Of a stretch of 41,700 nucleotides of DNA, positions 1-9,086 are shown in pieces. Position 1 is the first letter of the stretch. Each line of letters opens with the position of its first letter. The notes under the pieces were generated by a model. The model was given only the letters and a program-made list of their open reading frames with translations, ran no database searches and had not been told where the DNA came from. The translations under genes were made by a program, and so were the position numbers. This stretch comes from Candidatus Heimdallarchaeota archaeon (GTDB taxonomy: Archaea; Asgardarchaeota; Heimdallarchaeia; Hodarchaeales; Hodarchaeaceae). The stretch covers positions 862,833 through 904,532 of the forward strand of contig CP070665.1 of the NCBI GenBank assembly GCA_020351745.1, given 5' to 3'.

Positions 1-643
1 GATCGTGTGCAGGAGTACCTAAGCCACCTGATTGGAATGGATCATGACGAACATCTCCCAAAAGTGCTCCCGCATGAGCACCAGTTGCATCACTAAATGG
101 AGCACTCGTGCTTTCTGAGTTGTCCACCAATAATTTAGGAACCAAATTTTCCCTACGACTTCTAAATTGACCAATAACAAAGAAGGCTACTAAAGCAACA
201 AAAATCGCGAATAATAATTCTTGTGGCATAAGAAGTAAAGCTATTATGATTATTAAAGCAGGAATGCCTAATAATAACATACTACGTTGTTGGTCAGCCT
301 TTCGAGCTAACTGTTTATAATGATCTACAATTTTTCGTCCTTCAGTGGCAGGAACAGTCATTATACGGGGGGTATGGGAATCGTTTTGGTTGGGAAGGCA
401 GAGAATATCTTCTAGTTCCTCTCGGGGTAATAATTCAGCTAATGCTTGACCCAACATTGATTTTCCTGTGCCTGGGTCTCCTATTAGAAGTACATTTCGT
501 CGCTGGATCGCGGCTTTCTTGATAATTTCTACTGGTTGATCTTGCCCAATGACCTGGTCAACCAATCTTGAAGGAATTGGGATTTCTTGGGTTGTTTCAA
601 AATCCATATCTACTTCAATCAATTCAGTCTTACTGTTTTCCAT
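1..643 (-). CDS. lonB: ATP-dependent protease LonB, archaeal membrane-bound type (N-terminal ~214 aa only; rest lies outside the window)
   Basis: Absent from the ORF track because it runs off the window edge. My reverse-strand translation from the ATG (complement of 641-643) reads [73 protein letters not shown]..., with Walker A GDPGTGKS. Two hydrophobic segments ([32 protein letters not shown]) are inserted in the AAA module, followed by [19 protein letters not shown]. This is the layout of archaeal LonB. Confidence 0.85.
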   Translation of the reverse strand, partial: MENSKTELIEVDMDFETTQEIPIPSRLVDQVIGQDQPVEIIKKAAIQRRNVLLIGDPGTGKSMLGQALAELLPREELEDILCLPNQNDSHTPRIMTVPATEGRKIVDHYKQLARKADQQRSMLLLGIPALIIIIALLLMPQELLFAIFVALVAFFVIGQFRSRRENLVPKLLVDNSESTSAPFSDATGAHAGALLGDVRHDPFQSGGLGTPAHD

Positions 644-978
644 TTGATCATTCCAACATTTTTAAAAGACGAACTAAAGACCAATGTGTGGTGAGCCTAT
701 TGTACAGACATTTAATACTTGTAAAATAGGAAAAAGTTACTATTTTTCTATATCTTTTTGCTTAGTTCCAAGTAACCTAGGTTAATACAGACTTTTAAAT
801 GACTAGGTTTTATGAATAAATTCTTTTATTTAACCTTGTCTATTAATAGATATTTTTTCAATCAGACGTTAATTCTTATTTTTTCCTTTAAGATTATAAT
901 TTTTCTCACAAGAAGTCTCTTTCATTCTGGTGTAAAATGAATAGCATTTTTTTTTCTCCTAGTACCCGAATAAAAGGA

Positions 979-2148
979 TTATTGGATTTTACTTGGTCTT
1001 TTGGGGATAGAAAAGACCAAGATCTTTCGGGTAAGAGACCTATGAACATACTGAAGAAATTTTCTATAAGAGGCATTTAAAATTTGAGCAATCTGTTCAT
1101 CAATCTCTATTTTAGATGGTATAGCAATGACGACTCGCGCTTTAGGACTTAATAATGGACGAATTTCTCGAAAAAAGGCAAGAAGTAGGTCTTGAAGATC
1201 AAAACCCCGAGTAGAGGATGCTGTTCCATATGGAGGATCCGTAACAACGGCAGAAATAGATCCTTTTTTAAAAGATAGTTGGGTAGCATCTCCAAATATT
1301 AGGTGAGTTAAATCATTTGCAATTTTATCAGCTTTTAGATTCTGATAGGCCCCCCAAATGATTTTACGATTGATTTCAACCCCAATACTGTGAATTCCTA
1401 ATCTAGCAGCCTCTAACAGGGCTCCCCCTGCTCCGCAAAAAGGATCTAATAACCATTCACCAGTTTTTATAGCTGTTAGATTTACCATTGTACGTTGTAG
1501 CAGAGGATTCATCGAACTTGGATGAAAAAATGGACGTTTGTGAGCAGCCCGTTGTTGAACATTCTTCCGAAGAGAATGGGAAACAAGTTGACCAAACCAA
1601 AGGCCGTGTTTGCTTAAAATCGAAATAAATTGTTCTTGGGGATTTTCTAAATCTACCCACTTGGTTGGATTCTTCTGGATAATCTGGGTTCCTAGGTACC
1701 TAGAAAGTGCCTGTGTTAGCGATCGTGGTTTGTGTACCTCAATCGGTTCCCCAATTCTTTTTGTAAAAACGGAAAATGATGTATTGGGCATTAAATCACA
1801 AAATGTAGATGTGTCAAAGTTTGAAGTCAAGTCCTGTAATGACTGGGGAGGAAATTGTGTGAAATCTATCTGAAAGAGTTGTTTGCAGCTAAAGTGAACC
1901 AAGGTGACTCGTTTCATGAGAAAGGAAATAATGTCGGAAGAGAGGATATTTTGTTTTTTCGTTTCAATTTGAATGACGATCACTCTATTATCAGGACTGA
2001 TTCTTAATTCTACTGGGATATTCAAAGCTGAAACAATACTCTCAAGTTCAAAAACGGCTAATTCTGGATTTTCTCCAGAGAGGAGGAAAAAAAAACTTTG
2101 TCCATTATTTTCTTGTTGTTGCATTGTTATTTTGGACTTATCTTCCAA
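979..2148 (-). CDS. THUMP-domain tRNA (guanine-N2)-methyltransferase, Trm-G10/Trm11-like
   Basis: 389-aa ORF. The C-terminal Rossmann methyltransferase carries the SAM-binding motif LDPFCGAGG and the substrate motif DPPYG. The N-terminal ~180 aa is of THUMP-domain size. The track start is TTG; an internal ATG (M9) is an alternative start. Confidence 0.75.
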   Translation of the reverse strand: MEDKSKITMQQQENNGQSFFFLLSGENPELAVFELESIVSALNIPVELRISPDNRVIVIQIETKKQNILSSDIISFLMKRVTLVHFSCKQLFQIDFTQFPPQSLQDLTSNFDTSTFCDLMPNTSFSVFTKRIGEPIEVHKPRSLTQALSRYLGTQIIQKNPTKWVDLENPQEQFISILSKHGLWFGQLVSHSLRKNVQQRAAHKRPFFHPSSMNPLLQRTMVNLTAIKTGEWLLDPFCGAGGALLEAARLGIHSIGVEINRKIIWGAYQNLKADKIANDLTHLIFGDATQLSFKKGSISAVVTDPPYGTASSTRGFDLQDLLLAFFREIRPLLSPKARVVIAIPSKIEIDEQIAQILNASYRKFLQYVHRSLTRKILVFSIPKRPSKIQ

Positions 2149-2351
2149 TGGTTTTGATCGTCTCCGATTAATAGTCTTCTATTCTTAGCTCTATTATTCA
2201 CTTCAAATCCTTTTTCAAATTCCTACTTCATCAAAATAGAATCGCTATTGCGAGGTCAACTTTTTATTTCTAGATTTCCTTCAATTTTCTGCCCCGTATT
2301 GGATTATACGTGATGTTTAAACGCATATGACATTTAATTCATTCTTAAGAC

Positions 2352-2425
2352 GGGTTCGTGGTCTAGTTTGGTAGGATCTGCGCCTGGGGCGCGCAAGATC
2401 GGGGGTTCGAATCCCTCCGAACCCA
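2352..2425 (+). tRNA. tRNA-Pro (anticodon GGG), no intron, CCA not encoded
   Basis: Hand-folded 74-nt cloverleaf. Acceptor GGGTTCG/CGAACCC with discriminator A. Anticodon stem TGCGC/GCGCA and loop CTGGGGC (anticodon GGG, G37). T arm GGGGG-TTCGAAT-CCCTC. Confidence 0.9.
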
Positions 2426-2701
2426 TCTTACTCTTTTCTCTCTGGTCTCTGGGTATCTAGGGAGAGAAAATTGGCGTATCAATTATTTACATGTTTTCAA
2501 AGATTCAAGGATCATGGGTTTCTTAAAACCCATCCTATTAAGAAACTACTCGTGGATTGAGAATGTTTAAGTTGATTTACAGTCGTAATCTCATTGAAAA
2601 AGCCAAGTATCTAGCTGAAAAAAGATTATACTTTCTGTTATATTACTTTAAGGTATTCATTCTGTCATAACATGAGAATGATATAATTTCCTTTATCTTT
2701 T

Positions 2702-4015
2702 TTGTCGGATAAATTATTGAGATTAAGAAGGAAGGACCATCTTATGGAATCGATTTTAAAAGATGCTTTAAACGGATCAGGATCATTTAAGAATTTAGGT
2801 GAGCCTAAAAATGAACCTGTTTCTCTTTATTCAACCCCTCAAAAAGTAGAAAATGAAATAGCCGATATACTGACAGAACGATTACCTCGAGTTCAAGTTC
2901 TTGGAGTAGGTGGAGCAGGTAACAATGCTGTGTATCGTTTGATGAGTGCTGGTGTGGATGCGGAATGTGTGGCAGTAAACACAGATGCTCAACATTTATT
3001 ATCGACTCGTGCTCATAAAAAATTATTAATAGGTAAGGATACTTCTCGAGGATTTGGAGCGGGAAATAATCCAGAAATTGGTGAAACTGCTGCTCGAGAA
3101 TCGCTAGACGACATTAAAACTATGATAGATCAGGCAAATATGGTTTTTGTAACCTGTGGCCTTGGTGGTGGAACAGGAACAGGTGCAGCTCATGTAATTG
3201 CAAAGCAAGCAAAAGAAAAAGGAGCCCTTACAGTATCAATTTGTACGTTACCATTTCAAATGGAAGGAGTAAAGCGGTATGAAAATGCTCGAATTGGATT
3301 AAAGAAGTTGTATGACGCGTCAGATACTGTCATAGTTGTACCCAATGAGAAACTTCTCCAAATATCTGATGATATCACGATGATGGCTGCATTTCGAATT
3401 GCTGATGAAGTTCTCCTCCGAGCAGTTAAAGCAATTACAGAGCTAATTACTAAACCCCAATTAATTAACCTTGATTTTGCTGATGTACGAAAGATTCTGA
3501 CCGAAGGTGGGATGGCTATGATTGGCTTAGGAGAATCGGACCACCAACACATGAAAGTCGATGAGGCTGTTTTTGAATCTCTTAAAAATCCCTTGTTAGA
3601 TGATTTAGATATCAGCAGTGCTAAAAAAGGATTGATTTGTGTTTCTGGAGGTGAAGGACTGGCTTTAAAAGATGCAGAAGAAGCAGTAATGAAAATTGCA
3701 ACCGAAATCGACACTTCTGCAGAGATAATCTGGGGTGCAACAATAGATCCTGACCTGGGAAGTAAGATACGTATTATTGTAGTTTTGAGTGATGTCCATT
3801 CCCCTTTAACGGAAAATGATGGTCTATATTATTCCAAAAGTGATTTAGAGTCATTATTATCAGATCTTGATTCACCTTTTTCAGTAATATCTACTCAAAA
3901 AATAGCTGATAATGAATCGAAAAGGGGATTTCCTTCAGCACGATTCACAATTGAAGATGAAACTAACCCCATTGAACCGAAAAAGAATAGAAAAAGGTTC
4001 TTAGGTTTATTTTAA
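2702..4015 (+). CDS. ftsZ: cell division GTPase FtsZ
   Basis: Carries GVGGAGNNAV and the tubulin signature GGGTGTGAAHV. A long variable linker ends in the basic/hydrophobic C-terminal peptide KKNRKRFLGLF, the type that docks membrane anchors. The track start is TTG 2702; the ATG at 2744, preceded by purine-rich AAGAAGGAAGGA, is the more likely start. Confidence 0.95.
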   Translation: MSDKLLRLRRKDHLMESILKDALNGSGSFKNLGEPKNEPVSLYSTPQKVENEIADILTERLPRVQVLGVGGAGNNAVYRLMSAGVDAECVAVNTDAQHLLSTRAHKKLLIGKDTSRGFGAGNNPEIGETAARESLDDIKTMIDQANMVFVTCGLGGGTGTGAAHVIAKQAKEKGALTVSICTLPFQMEGVKRYENARIGLKKLYDASDTVIVVPNEKLLQISDDITMMAAFRIADEVLLRAVKAITELITKPQLINLDFADVRKILTEGGMAMIGLGESDHQHMKVDEAVFESLKNPLLDDLDISSAKKGLICVSGGEGLALKDAEEAVMKIATEIDTSAEIIWGATIDPDLGSKIRIIVVLSDVHSPLTENDGLYYSKSDLESLLSDLDSPFSVISTQKIADNESKRGFPSARFTIEDETNPIEPKKNRKRFLGLF

Positions 4016-4068
4016 TAATCTTTTGGTTTCCTCCTTCCTCTTTTCAATATTAATTATAGATAAGATTA

Positions 4069-4725
4069 CTATACTGATTCTAAACCAATTTTAGCAGATA
4101 AGGTATCCATTCCTACCCCAGTTTTAGCACTCGTTGGAATAATTTCCAGCAGAGGGTAGATTTCTTTTGCTCTTGAAATGACTGTATCTACATCGATTTC
4201 CATTGCAGGTGCAAGATCAATCTTATTTAATACTGCTAACTGACTTATCTTAAAGGTAATAGGATGTTTTTGAAAGACATAAGGTCCTTCGGTCACACTA
4301 GTGACCGCAATTTTCATATCCGCTCCTACATCTGTTGAAGACGGACAGATCAAATTTCCTACATTTTCTACAAATATAAATTCGTAATTTTCAAACTCAA
4401 TTTCTTCAAAAGCTTTCTCAATCTGAAAAGCCAACAGATGACAACCTCTCCCTGTATTGATCTGGAGGCAAGTACTACCAAAACGTCCAATACGTTGAGC
4501 GTCAATGTCTGTTGCCAAATCACCATTGATGACGAGTAATTTGTGAGTGGAACGGTATTTTTCAGCAAAATATTCTAGAATTGAAGTCTTTCCTGATCCA
4601 ACGCTCCCCATGATGTCAACCATTGGAATGTTGTATTCTCGTCGTTTTTCTCGAATTCTGTTGGCAATTAGGTCATTTGCTTCCTGAATTTTTTGATCAA
4701 TGCTTATTCTTCGGATATCAGGCAT
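4069..4725 (-). CDS. hypB: hydrogenase nickel-incorporation GTPase HypB
   Basis: 218 aa. P-loop GSVGSGKTS, metal-binding region TGRGCHL, and guanine-specificity motif NKIDL. Divergent from hypA across a 71-nt spacer. Confidence 0.9.
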   Translation of the reverse strand: MPDIRRISIDQKIQEANDLIANRIREKRREYNIPMVDIMGSVGSGKTSILEYFAEKYRSTHKLLVINGDLATDIDAQRIGRFGSTCLQINTGRGCHLLAFQIEKAFEEIEFENYEFIFVENVGNLICPSSTDVGADMKIAVTSVTEGPYVFQKHPITFKISQLAVLNKIDLAPAMEIDVDTVISRAKEIYPLLEIIPTSAKTGVGMDTLSAKIGLESV

Positions 4726-4796
4726 ATTTCGAACCTCATGAAAGACTCTGAAAAGATTTTTTTAAATCTCTTCTGAGGGACTGAATCAGAATTGAA

Positions 4797-5165
4797 ATGC
4801 ACGAATTCTCGCTAGCGCAATCAGTGATAGAAACTACGTTAGCTGTTGCCCGAGACCGTAATGTAGAGAGAATTCAAAAAGTAATTCTGAAATTTGGAAT
4901 TTTTGCCCTTGTTCAAGAGGATCAATTTCGTTTTTGTTTTGATTTAATAAAAACTGAGTCAAATCTGACTGCAACATCTGAACTAGAGATTGATTGGATT
5001 CCTGGAGAACTTCAGTGCGAAAGTTGTGACTTTAAAGGGATGGTAAAAACCTCTCCTCAAGAACATAATGAATTAGCTCCTATTTTTCAGTGTCCTGCAT
5101 GTAAAAGTTATTCTACAAAGATTATTTCTGGTACTGAGACTATCATTGATTCGATTGTCGTTTAA
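4797..5165 (+). CDS. hypA: hydrogenase nickel-insertion protein HypA
   Basis: 122 aa. N-terminal MHEFS (Ni-binding MHE motif) and two CxxC pairs (CESC ... CPAC) forming the Zn site. Confidence 0.9.
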   Translation: MHEFSLAQSVIETTLAVARDRNVERIQKVILKFGIFALVQEDQFRFCFDLIKTESNLTATSELEIDWIPGELQCESCDFKGMVKTSPQEHNELAPIFQCPACKSYSTKIISGTETIIDSIVV

Positions 5166-5208
5166 CTCTCTTTTTTCACTTCCTCATCGTGAACTACTAG
5201 AAGGAAAT

Positions 5209-5694
5209 TCACCTAACCAAGCAGTCTATTCGATTGTTTCTAGGATTCAGAACACAATGAAAACTCGATTGTTTGTGAAGAGGAGCGATTAAAATTTCAT
5301 TCTCTTTCCAATTTACTTGAAGTATTTGGCCAGTAAACGCTTTATTCTGAATTGCTGGTTCTCCCTGCATAACAACCGCAGAATTGTCTTCTCCATTGAC
5401 AAAGATTACATTATTTCGCCGTTGCAGGTCAACCACTACCCCGTTGAGAGGATGGATCTCTTCCCGGATCTCAAATCCAGTTGGTATCCATTTTATTCTT
5501 GTCCGAATTCCCATACCGACTGTTTGTTGAAAAGCAACAAGTCTCACCCCTGAAACGATAAAACCAACCTTGGCTGTTGTTTCATCTTGACCCAAGTCTT
5601 TGAGTCCAGATACTTGAAAGCCAGGAGTTTCTTTAGCATCACCTGAGCTTCTTATACAGGAAATTTTTTGGACAACAATTCTCTTCGGTGACAC
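5209..5694 (-). CDS. hypothetical protein, beta-rich, 161 aa
   Basis: Long ORF with a GTG start and no motif I recognise. Convergent with hypA. The overlapping + strand ORF 5317-5553 looks like a shadow frame. Confidence 0.5.
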   Translation of the reverse strand: MSPKRIVVQKISCIRSSGDAKETPGFQVSGLKDLGQDETTAKVGFIVSGVRLVAFQQTVGMGIRTRIKWIPTGFEIREEIHPLNGVVVDLQRRNNVIFVNGEDNSAVVMQGEPAIQNKAFTGQILQVNWKENEILIAPLHKQSSFHCVLNPRNNRIDCLVR

Positions 5695-5989
5695 AGGATT
5701 TTCCTCATTACGATCTCTCTTCGAGAGTATATTTAAGGATAACCCGAATCTGATTCTAGAAATTTTTTCACAGTTACTCTAAAAACATGCTGTTTCTAGA
5801 TTAACATTCTAATTTGTATGGTTTGGGGTATAATGAACTACATTTTTGTGATAAACTTAGAGTAAATTATAATTTCTATCTGAGGATTCATATATTCCAG
5901 ACTGGTTAATAACTATTCTTATATTAATATAAAAGATCTCCTTTTAATCACTCGGTTACAGATCCTATACTCGACTTAGAATAGTCTAT

Positions 5990-7051
5990 ATGAAGTCAGG
6001 AAGAAATAACGTGGTAAAAATAAAGTTTATTTCAAATTCATTATCAAAAAAGCACTCTTGTGGAATGTTTCATCCTGAATCAGCACAACGGATAGAGGTC
6101 ATCGAGGAATGGCTCCATTCCCAGAAAGACGATCAGATAAGTTATGATATCTTGGATCAATCTGCTTCCAAGGATGACATTCTTGTGACTCATTCATCAG
6201 ATCATTATCGTTTAATTGAAAGAAGTCAAGGCCAGACTGGGTATTTTTATTTTGATGGAGATACAGCTGCAAATAATTATACTTTTGAAGCGGCCTGTCA
6301 AGCAGTAGCAGTTGGTAAAAAAGCTATCTGGGAGAGTGACAGCAACACCTCAATCTTTGCGTTAGTGCGACCTCCTGGCCATCACGCAACTCGCACATCA
6401 CCTGGAGGGTTTTGTATCTTCAATAATATTGCAATTGCTACAGAATTAGCATTAGTACAAAAAAAATTTCAACGGATTGCGATTATCGATTTCGATCAAC
6501 ACTTTGGCAATGGAACCGCTTATATTCATGAAGAGAACCCAAATATCCTATATTTTAGCACACATGCTGATCCTCGGGTCTCTTATCCTGGTTGTGGATT
6601 TGTAGAAGAAATTGGGGAAGGAGAAGGGCGTGGGTATAATGTTCCTGTACCTCTTGGATATCGGGCCTCAGAAGCAGATCTGCAAGTTGCTTTTGAAGAG
6701 CTGATTCAACCAATTATTTATCAATTTAAACCGGAATTTTTAGCCATTTCAGCAGGTTTCGATGCATATGAAAGAGATCCTATTGGTATCTTAGGAGTTA
6801 CAGTTGACGGGTTTTCTGTTATAGGAAAATACATCAAACAAATCGCTTCTGAGCTAGAAATCCCATTTGCACATTTCCTGGAAGGAGGGTACAATATCCA
6901 TTCTCTTCCAACATTAGTTTCTTCATATATTACCCCATTTATTCAAGATCAAGAGAAAACTTCCCCTAATATTTCATTAGAGCCCAGTGGCCAGACTATT
7001 GCTACAGTAAATCAATCCAAGAAGTTACTTGATGATTTTTGGCAACTTTAA
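5990..7051 (+). CDS. histone deacetylase-family (AcuC / acetylpolyamine amidohydrolase-like) Zn-dependent deacetylase
   Basis: 353 aa. Active-site motif RPPGHHA, metal-ligand region IIDFDQHFGNGT, and EGGYN near the C-terminus. All are typical of the arginase-deacetylase fold. Confidence 0.85.
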   Translation: MKSGRNNVVKIKFISNSLSKKHSCGMFHPESAQRIEVIEEWLHSQKDDQISYDILDQSASKDDILVTHSSDHYRLIERSQGQTGYFYFDGDTAANNYTFEAACQAVAVGKKAIWESDSNTSIFALVRPPGHHATRTSPGGFCIFNNIAIATELALVQKKFQRIAIIDFDQHFGNGTAYIHEENPNILYFSTHADPRVSYPGCGFVEEIGEGEGRGYNVPVPLGYRASEADLQVAFEELIQPIIYQFKPEFLAISAGFDAYERDPIGILGVTVDGFSVIGKYIKQIASELEIPFAHFLEGGYNIHSLPTLVSSYITPFIQDQEKTSPNISLEPSGQTIATVNQSKKLLDDFWQL

Positions 7052-7145
7052 GAAGTTCTAATAGAAAAATGTAAGAAATTCCCTTAACAATTAACAATCC
7101 CTATTTGTCTTTGAAATGACCGAAGAAACGTTTTTATTAACAAAG

Positions 7146-8246
7146 TTACTCCCAATGGAGAGCATATCTTAAAAGCCCAATAATTCCCCCAAAAGTTTTC
7201 ATTCGATTTGCGTTTTCGCTCTGTGATGAAACGATAAAGATTTTTCCACGAGTTTTTTCTACCTCACGAAGGAGATGTTGGATTTCATCTGGATTTATTC
7301 CTTCACCCCCTCGTAACAGGGCATCCAATAAAATTAAGGTCTCTATAGCTCCTGTACTAGCAATTTTTCGGATCTCAGCAAAGCCATAGGTTACATTTGT
7401 AGTCCCTTGGTTTATTCTTTTAAAGAACTCATCTATTAAACTATTTTCTTCGAAAACTTGAAAATCTGCTGCGAGCTTATCCACCGCGTCCATTTGCAGG
7501 AGCTCAGACAATCCAACACGATTTCCACCGCTTAATGAACCTGATACGATAATATTGAGCTTCTCTTTTACAAACTTTCTTTTTAGGAAATTAGTTAACT
7601 GTTCTTTTATGAAACCTGGTCCTCCCAATACGATATTATTTGTCTCAGGCAATACTTGTCTGTTAATGACCATTGCAATCCGATCAAAGAAAGATTGAGT
7701 CTGTTTTGAGCGAACTTTTTCTTTAGTTAATTTTCGTGAGATGTGTGATTTCTCATGAGCGATTACATTAAGGTTGAAGTTATCAAGTATCCCTATGCAA
7801 ACTTCAGCTTTATCAGCAGCAATTAAACATATTTTTGGTTTCTTACTTGCTTCCTCTGCTTTTTTCAGCAATTCGAGAAAATATTTTGACCATTCTGGTT
7901 TGATAATGGTTATAGTTCTTGTTAATTCTAAGTTAAGAGTATGATAGGAGCCAAGAGACACATGTTGTTCAGGACCTTGAAATATTTTTCCTTTAACCCG
8001 TAGACGATTACTTACGGAACTATCCTGGAAAGCAAAGTCTTCTGTGACCACCCCAATAACCATGGTAATCCGCTGACTTTCATCCCCCGATCTTCCTTCA
8101 CTACCTGACCGCCTAACTCTACGACTGGTTTTCGTGATAATTTGGTCTCCAATGTTGATAACATTCGAGAGGATATAAAGATCTGTAGGAGTTTCAGGAC
8201 GTACAACCACCCGTCTATTCTTCATATCAGTCTTCAGAATACGCAT
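7146..8246 (-). CDS. pelA: Pelota (aDom34) ribosome-rescue / no-go decay factor
   Basis: 366 aa. The N-terminus MRILKTDMKNRRVVVRPETPTDLYILSNVINIGDQIITKTSRRV is the classic Pelota Sm-like domain. The length and the eRF1-like C-terminal domains fit. Confidence 0.85.
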   Translation of the reverse strand: MRILKTDMKNRRVVVRPETPTDLYILSNVINIGDQIITKTSRRVRRSGSEGRSGDESQRITMVIGVVTEDFAFQDSSVSNRLRVKGKIFQGPEQHVSLGSYHTLNLELTRTITIIKPEWSKYFLELLKKAEEASKKPKICLIAADKAEVCIGILDNFNLNVIAHEKSHISRKLTKEKVRSKQTQSFFDRIAMVINRQVLPETNNIVLGGPGFIKEQLTNFLKRKFVKEKLNIIVSGSLSGGNRVGLSELLQMDAVDKLAADFQVFEENSLIDEFFKRINQGTTNVTYGFAEIRKIASTGAIETLILLDALLRGGEGINPDEIQHLLREVEKTRGKIFIVSSQSENANRMKTFGGIIGLLRYALHWE

Positions 8247-8285
8247 TAATACTCACTTGTACTATATATATAGGGTGAATAAGTA

Positions 8286-8654
8286 TTAAAACAGCTTTAA
8301 TGCTGATGTGATTTCTTCAACAGCTTTTTGGGCATGAGGACCAATCCCTAATGCTGTTGTTGTACCTGGAGGAAGCTGAGTTCTCCCAGCATCATCTATT
8401 TTTACTACAACAACTCCTGTTGACTTAAGTTTACTTTCAAGCTCAAGTAATTCAGCTTCAGAATTTACTCCTAAAACAACCTTCTTTTGACCAGTGTTCC
8501 ACCATAAGGTGAATTCGTTTGGTTTCTCGCGTTTAGATTTAATGGCAGCTGCCACGGCGGCATGAGACGCTTGAGCTGCAGCTTTCCCTTTGGACATTTG
8601 CAGATCTTTACGAAGAATAATTACTTGCTTCAATTCAAGCAATAGAAACCACAT
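8286..8654 (-). CDS. pth2: peptidyl-tRNA hydrolase, archaeal/eukaryotic Pth2 type
   Basis: 122 aa. Contains KQVIILRKDLQMSKGKAAAQASHAAVAA plus a C-terminal GRTQLPPGTTTALGIGP, characteristic of PTH2. Lies 39 nt downstream of pelota on the same strand. Confidence 0.9.
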   Translation of the reverse strand: MWFLLLELKQVIILRKDLQMSKGKAAAQASHAAVAAAIKSKREKPNEFTLWWNTGQKKVVLGVNSEAELLELESKLKSTGVVVVKIDDAGRTQLPPGTTTALGIGPHAQKAVEEITSALKLF

Positions 8655-8731
8655 TTAGGAATTATTATTTTGGGGAGATTGTATGAAATCCACAAGTCTT
8701 GATGATTTGGTAAGTACTCAGAGTTTAATGA

Positions 8732-8813
8732 TCAGTGAGGTACATGGACATCATTAACGAACTCATTTGGTGTCCAAGCATGAATCCGTCTCAGTTTAGG
8801 TCAGTTTCATCAT
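8732..8813 (-). ncRNA. candidate C/D-box sRNA (weak)
   Basis: The minus sense reads ATGATGA-12 nt-CTGA-36 nt-ATGATGT-12 nt-CTGA. This gives C, D', C' and D boxes with both guide spacers exactly 12 nt. Weaknesses: no terminal stem and a long D'-C' spacer. Confidence 0.2.
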
Positions 8814-9026
8814 GTTGTCTAAAGGAATCCCGATTAATTATTGATCTATAGACCTGAGGATTGTTTTAGGTAGTACCGAAGATGAGTTTTAGTGTAGTAA
8901 TCTATTATTATTTACTAAAATGTATGAACATCAATTAATTTAACTTTCTTGACATGACTGTGGTAAGAATTATTTATTCAATCTTTCCTGAAAAACATTG
9001 TCTGCATAGACAGAATATGATTTTAG

Positions 9027-9059
9027 AAAAAAATCATCTACTTCTTCTGATTCAAAAAA
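9027..9059 (-). terminator. oligo-T tracts downstream of rpl10e
   Basis: On the minus sense there is a T6 (complement of 9054-9059) and a T7 (complement of 9027-9033), 28-60 nt past the rpl10e stop. Archaeal termination uses oligo-T. Confidence 0.45.
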
Positions 9060-9086
9060 TTAAAAGTTATATAAAGAGATTGAGTG

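Noticed and set aside
773-784. A perfect 12-bp palindrome TAACCTAGGTTA about 130 bp upstream of lonB, considered as an operator.
   Set aside because: A 12-bp perfect palindrome is expected roughly ten times by chance in 41.7 kb. There is no second copy and no obvious position relative to a TATA box.
2433-2472. The inverted repeat TTTTCTCTC ... GAGAGAAAA just after tRNA-Pro.
   Set aside because: Its most likely role is as a simple 3' processing or termination structure for the tRNA transcript. Nothing suggests an additional function.
2657-2687. A 7-bp inverted repeat TCATTCT/AGAATGA next to a TATA-like ATATAAT upstream of ftsZ, considered as a regulatory hairpin or operator.
   Set aside because: The stem is short and AT-rich, and such stems are common by chance in this composition. 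There is no supporting second site.
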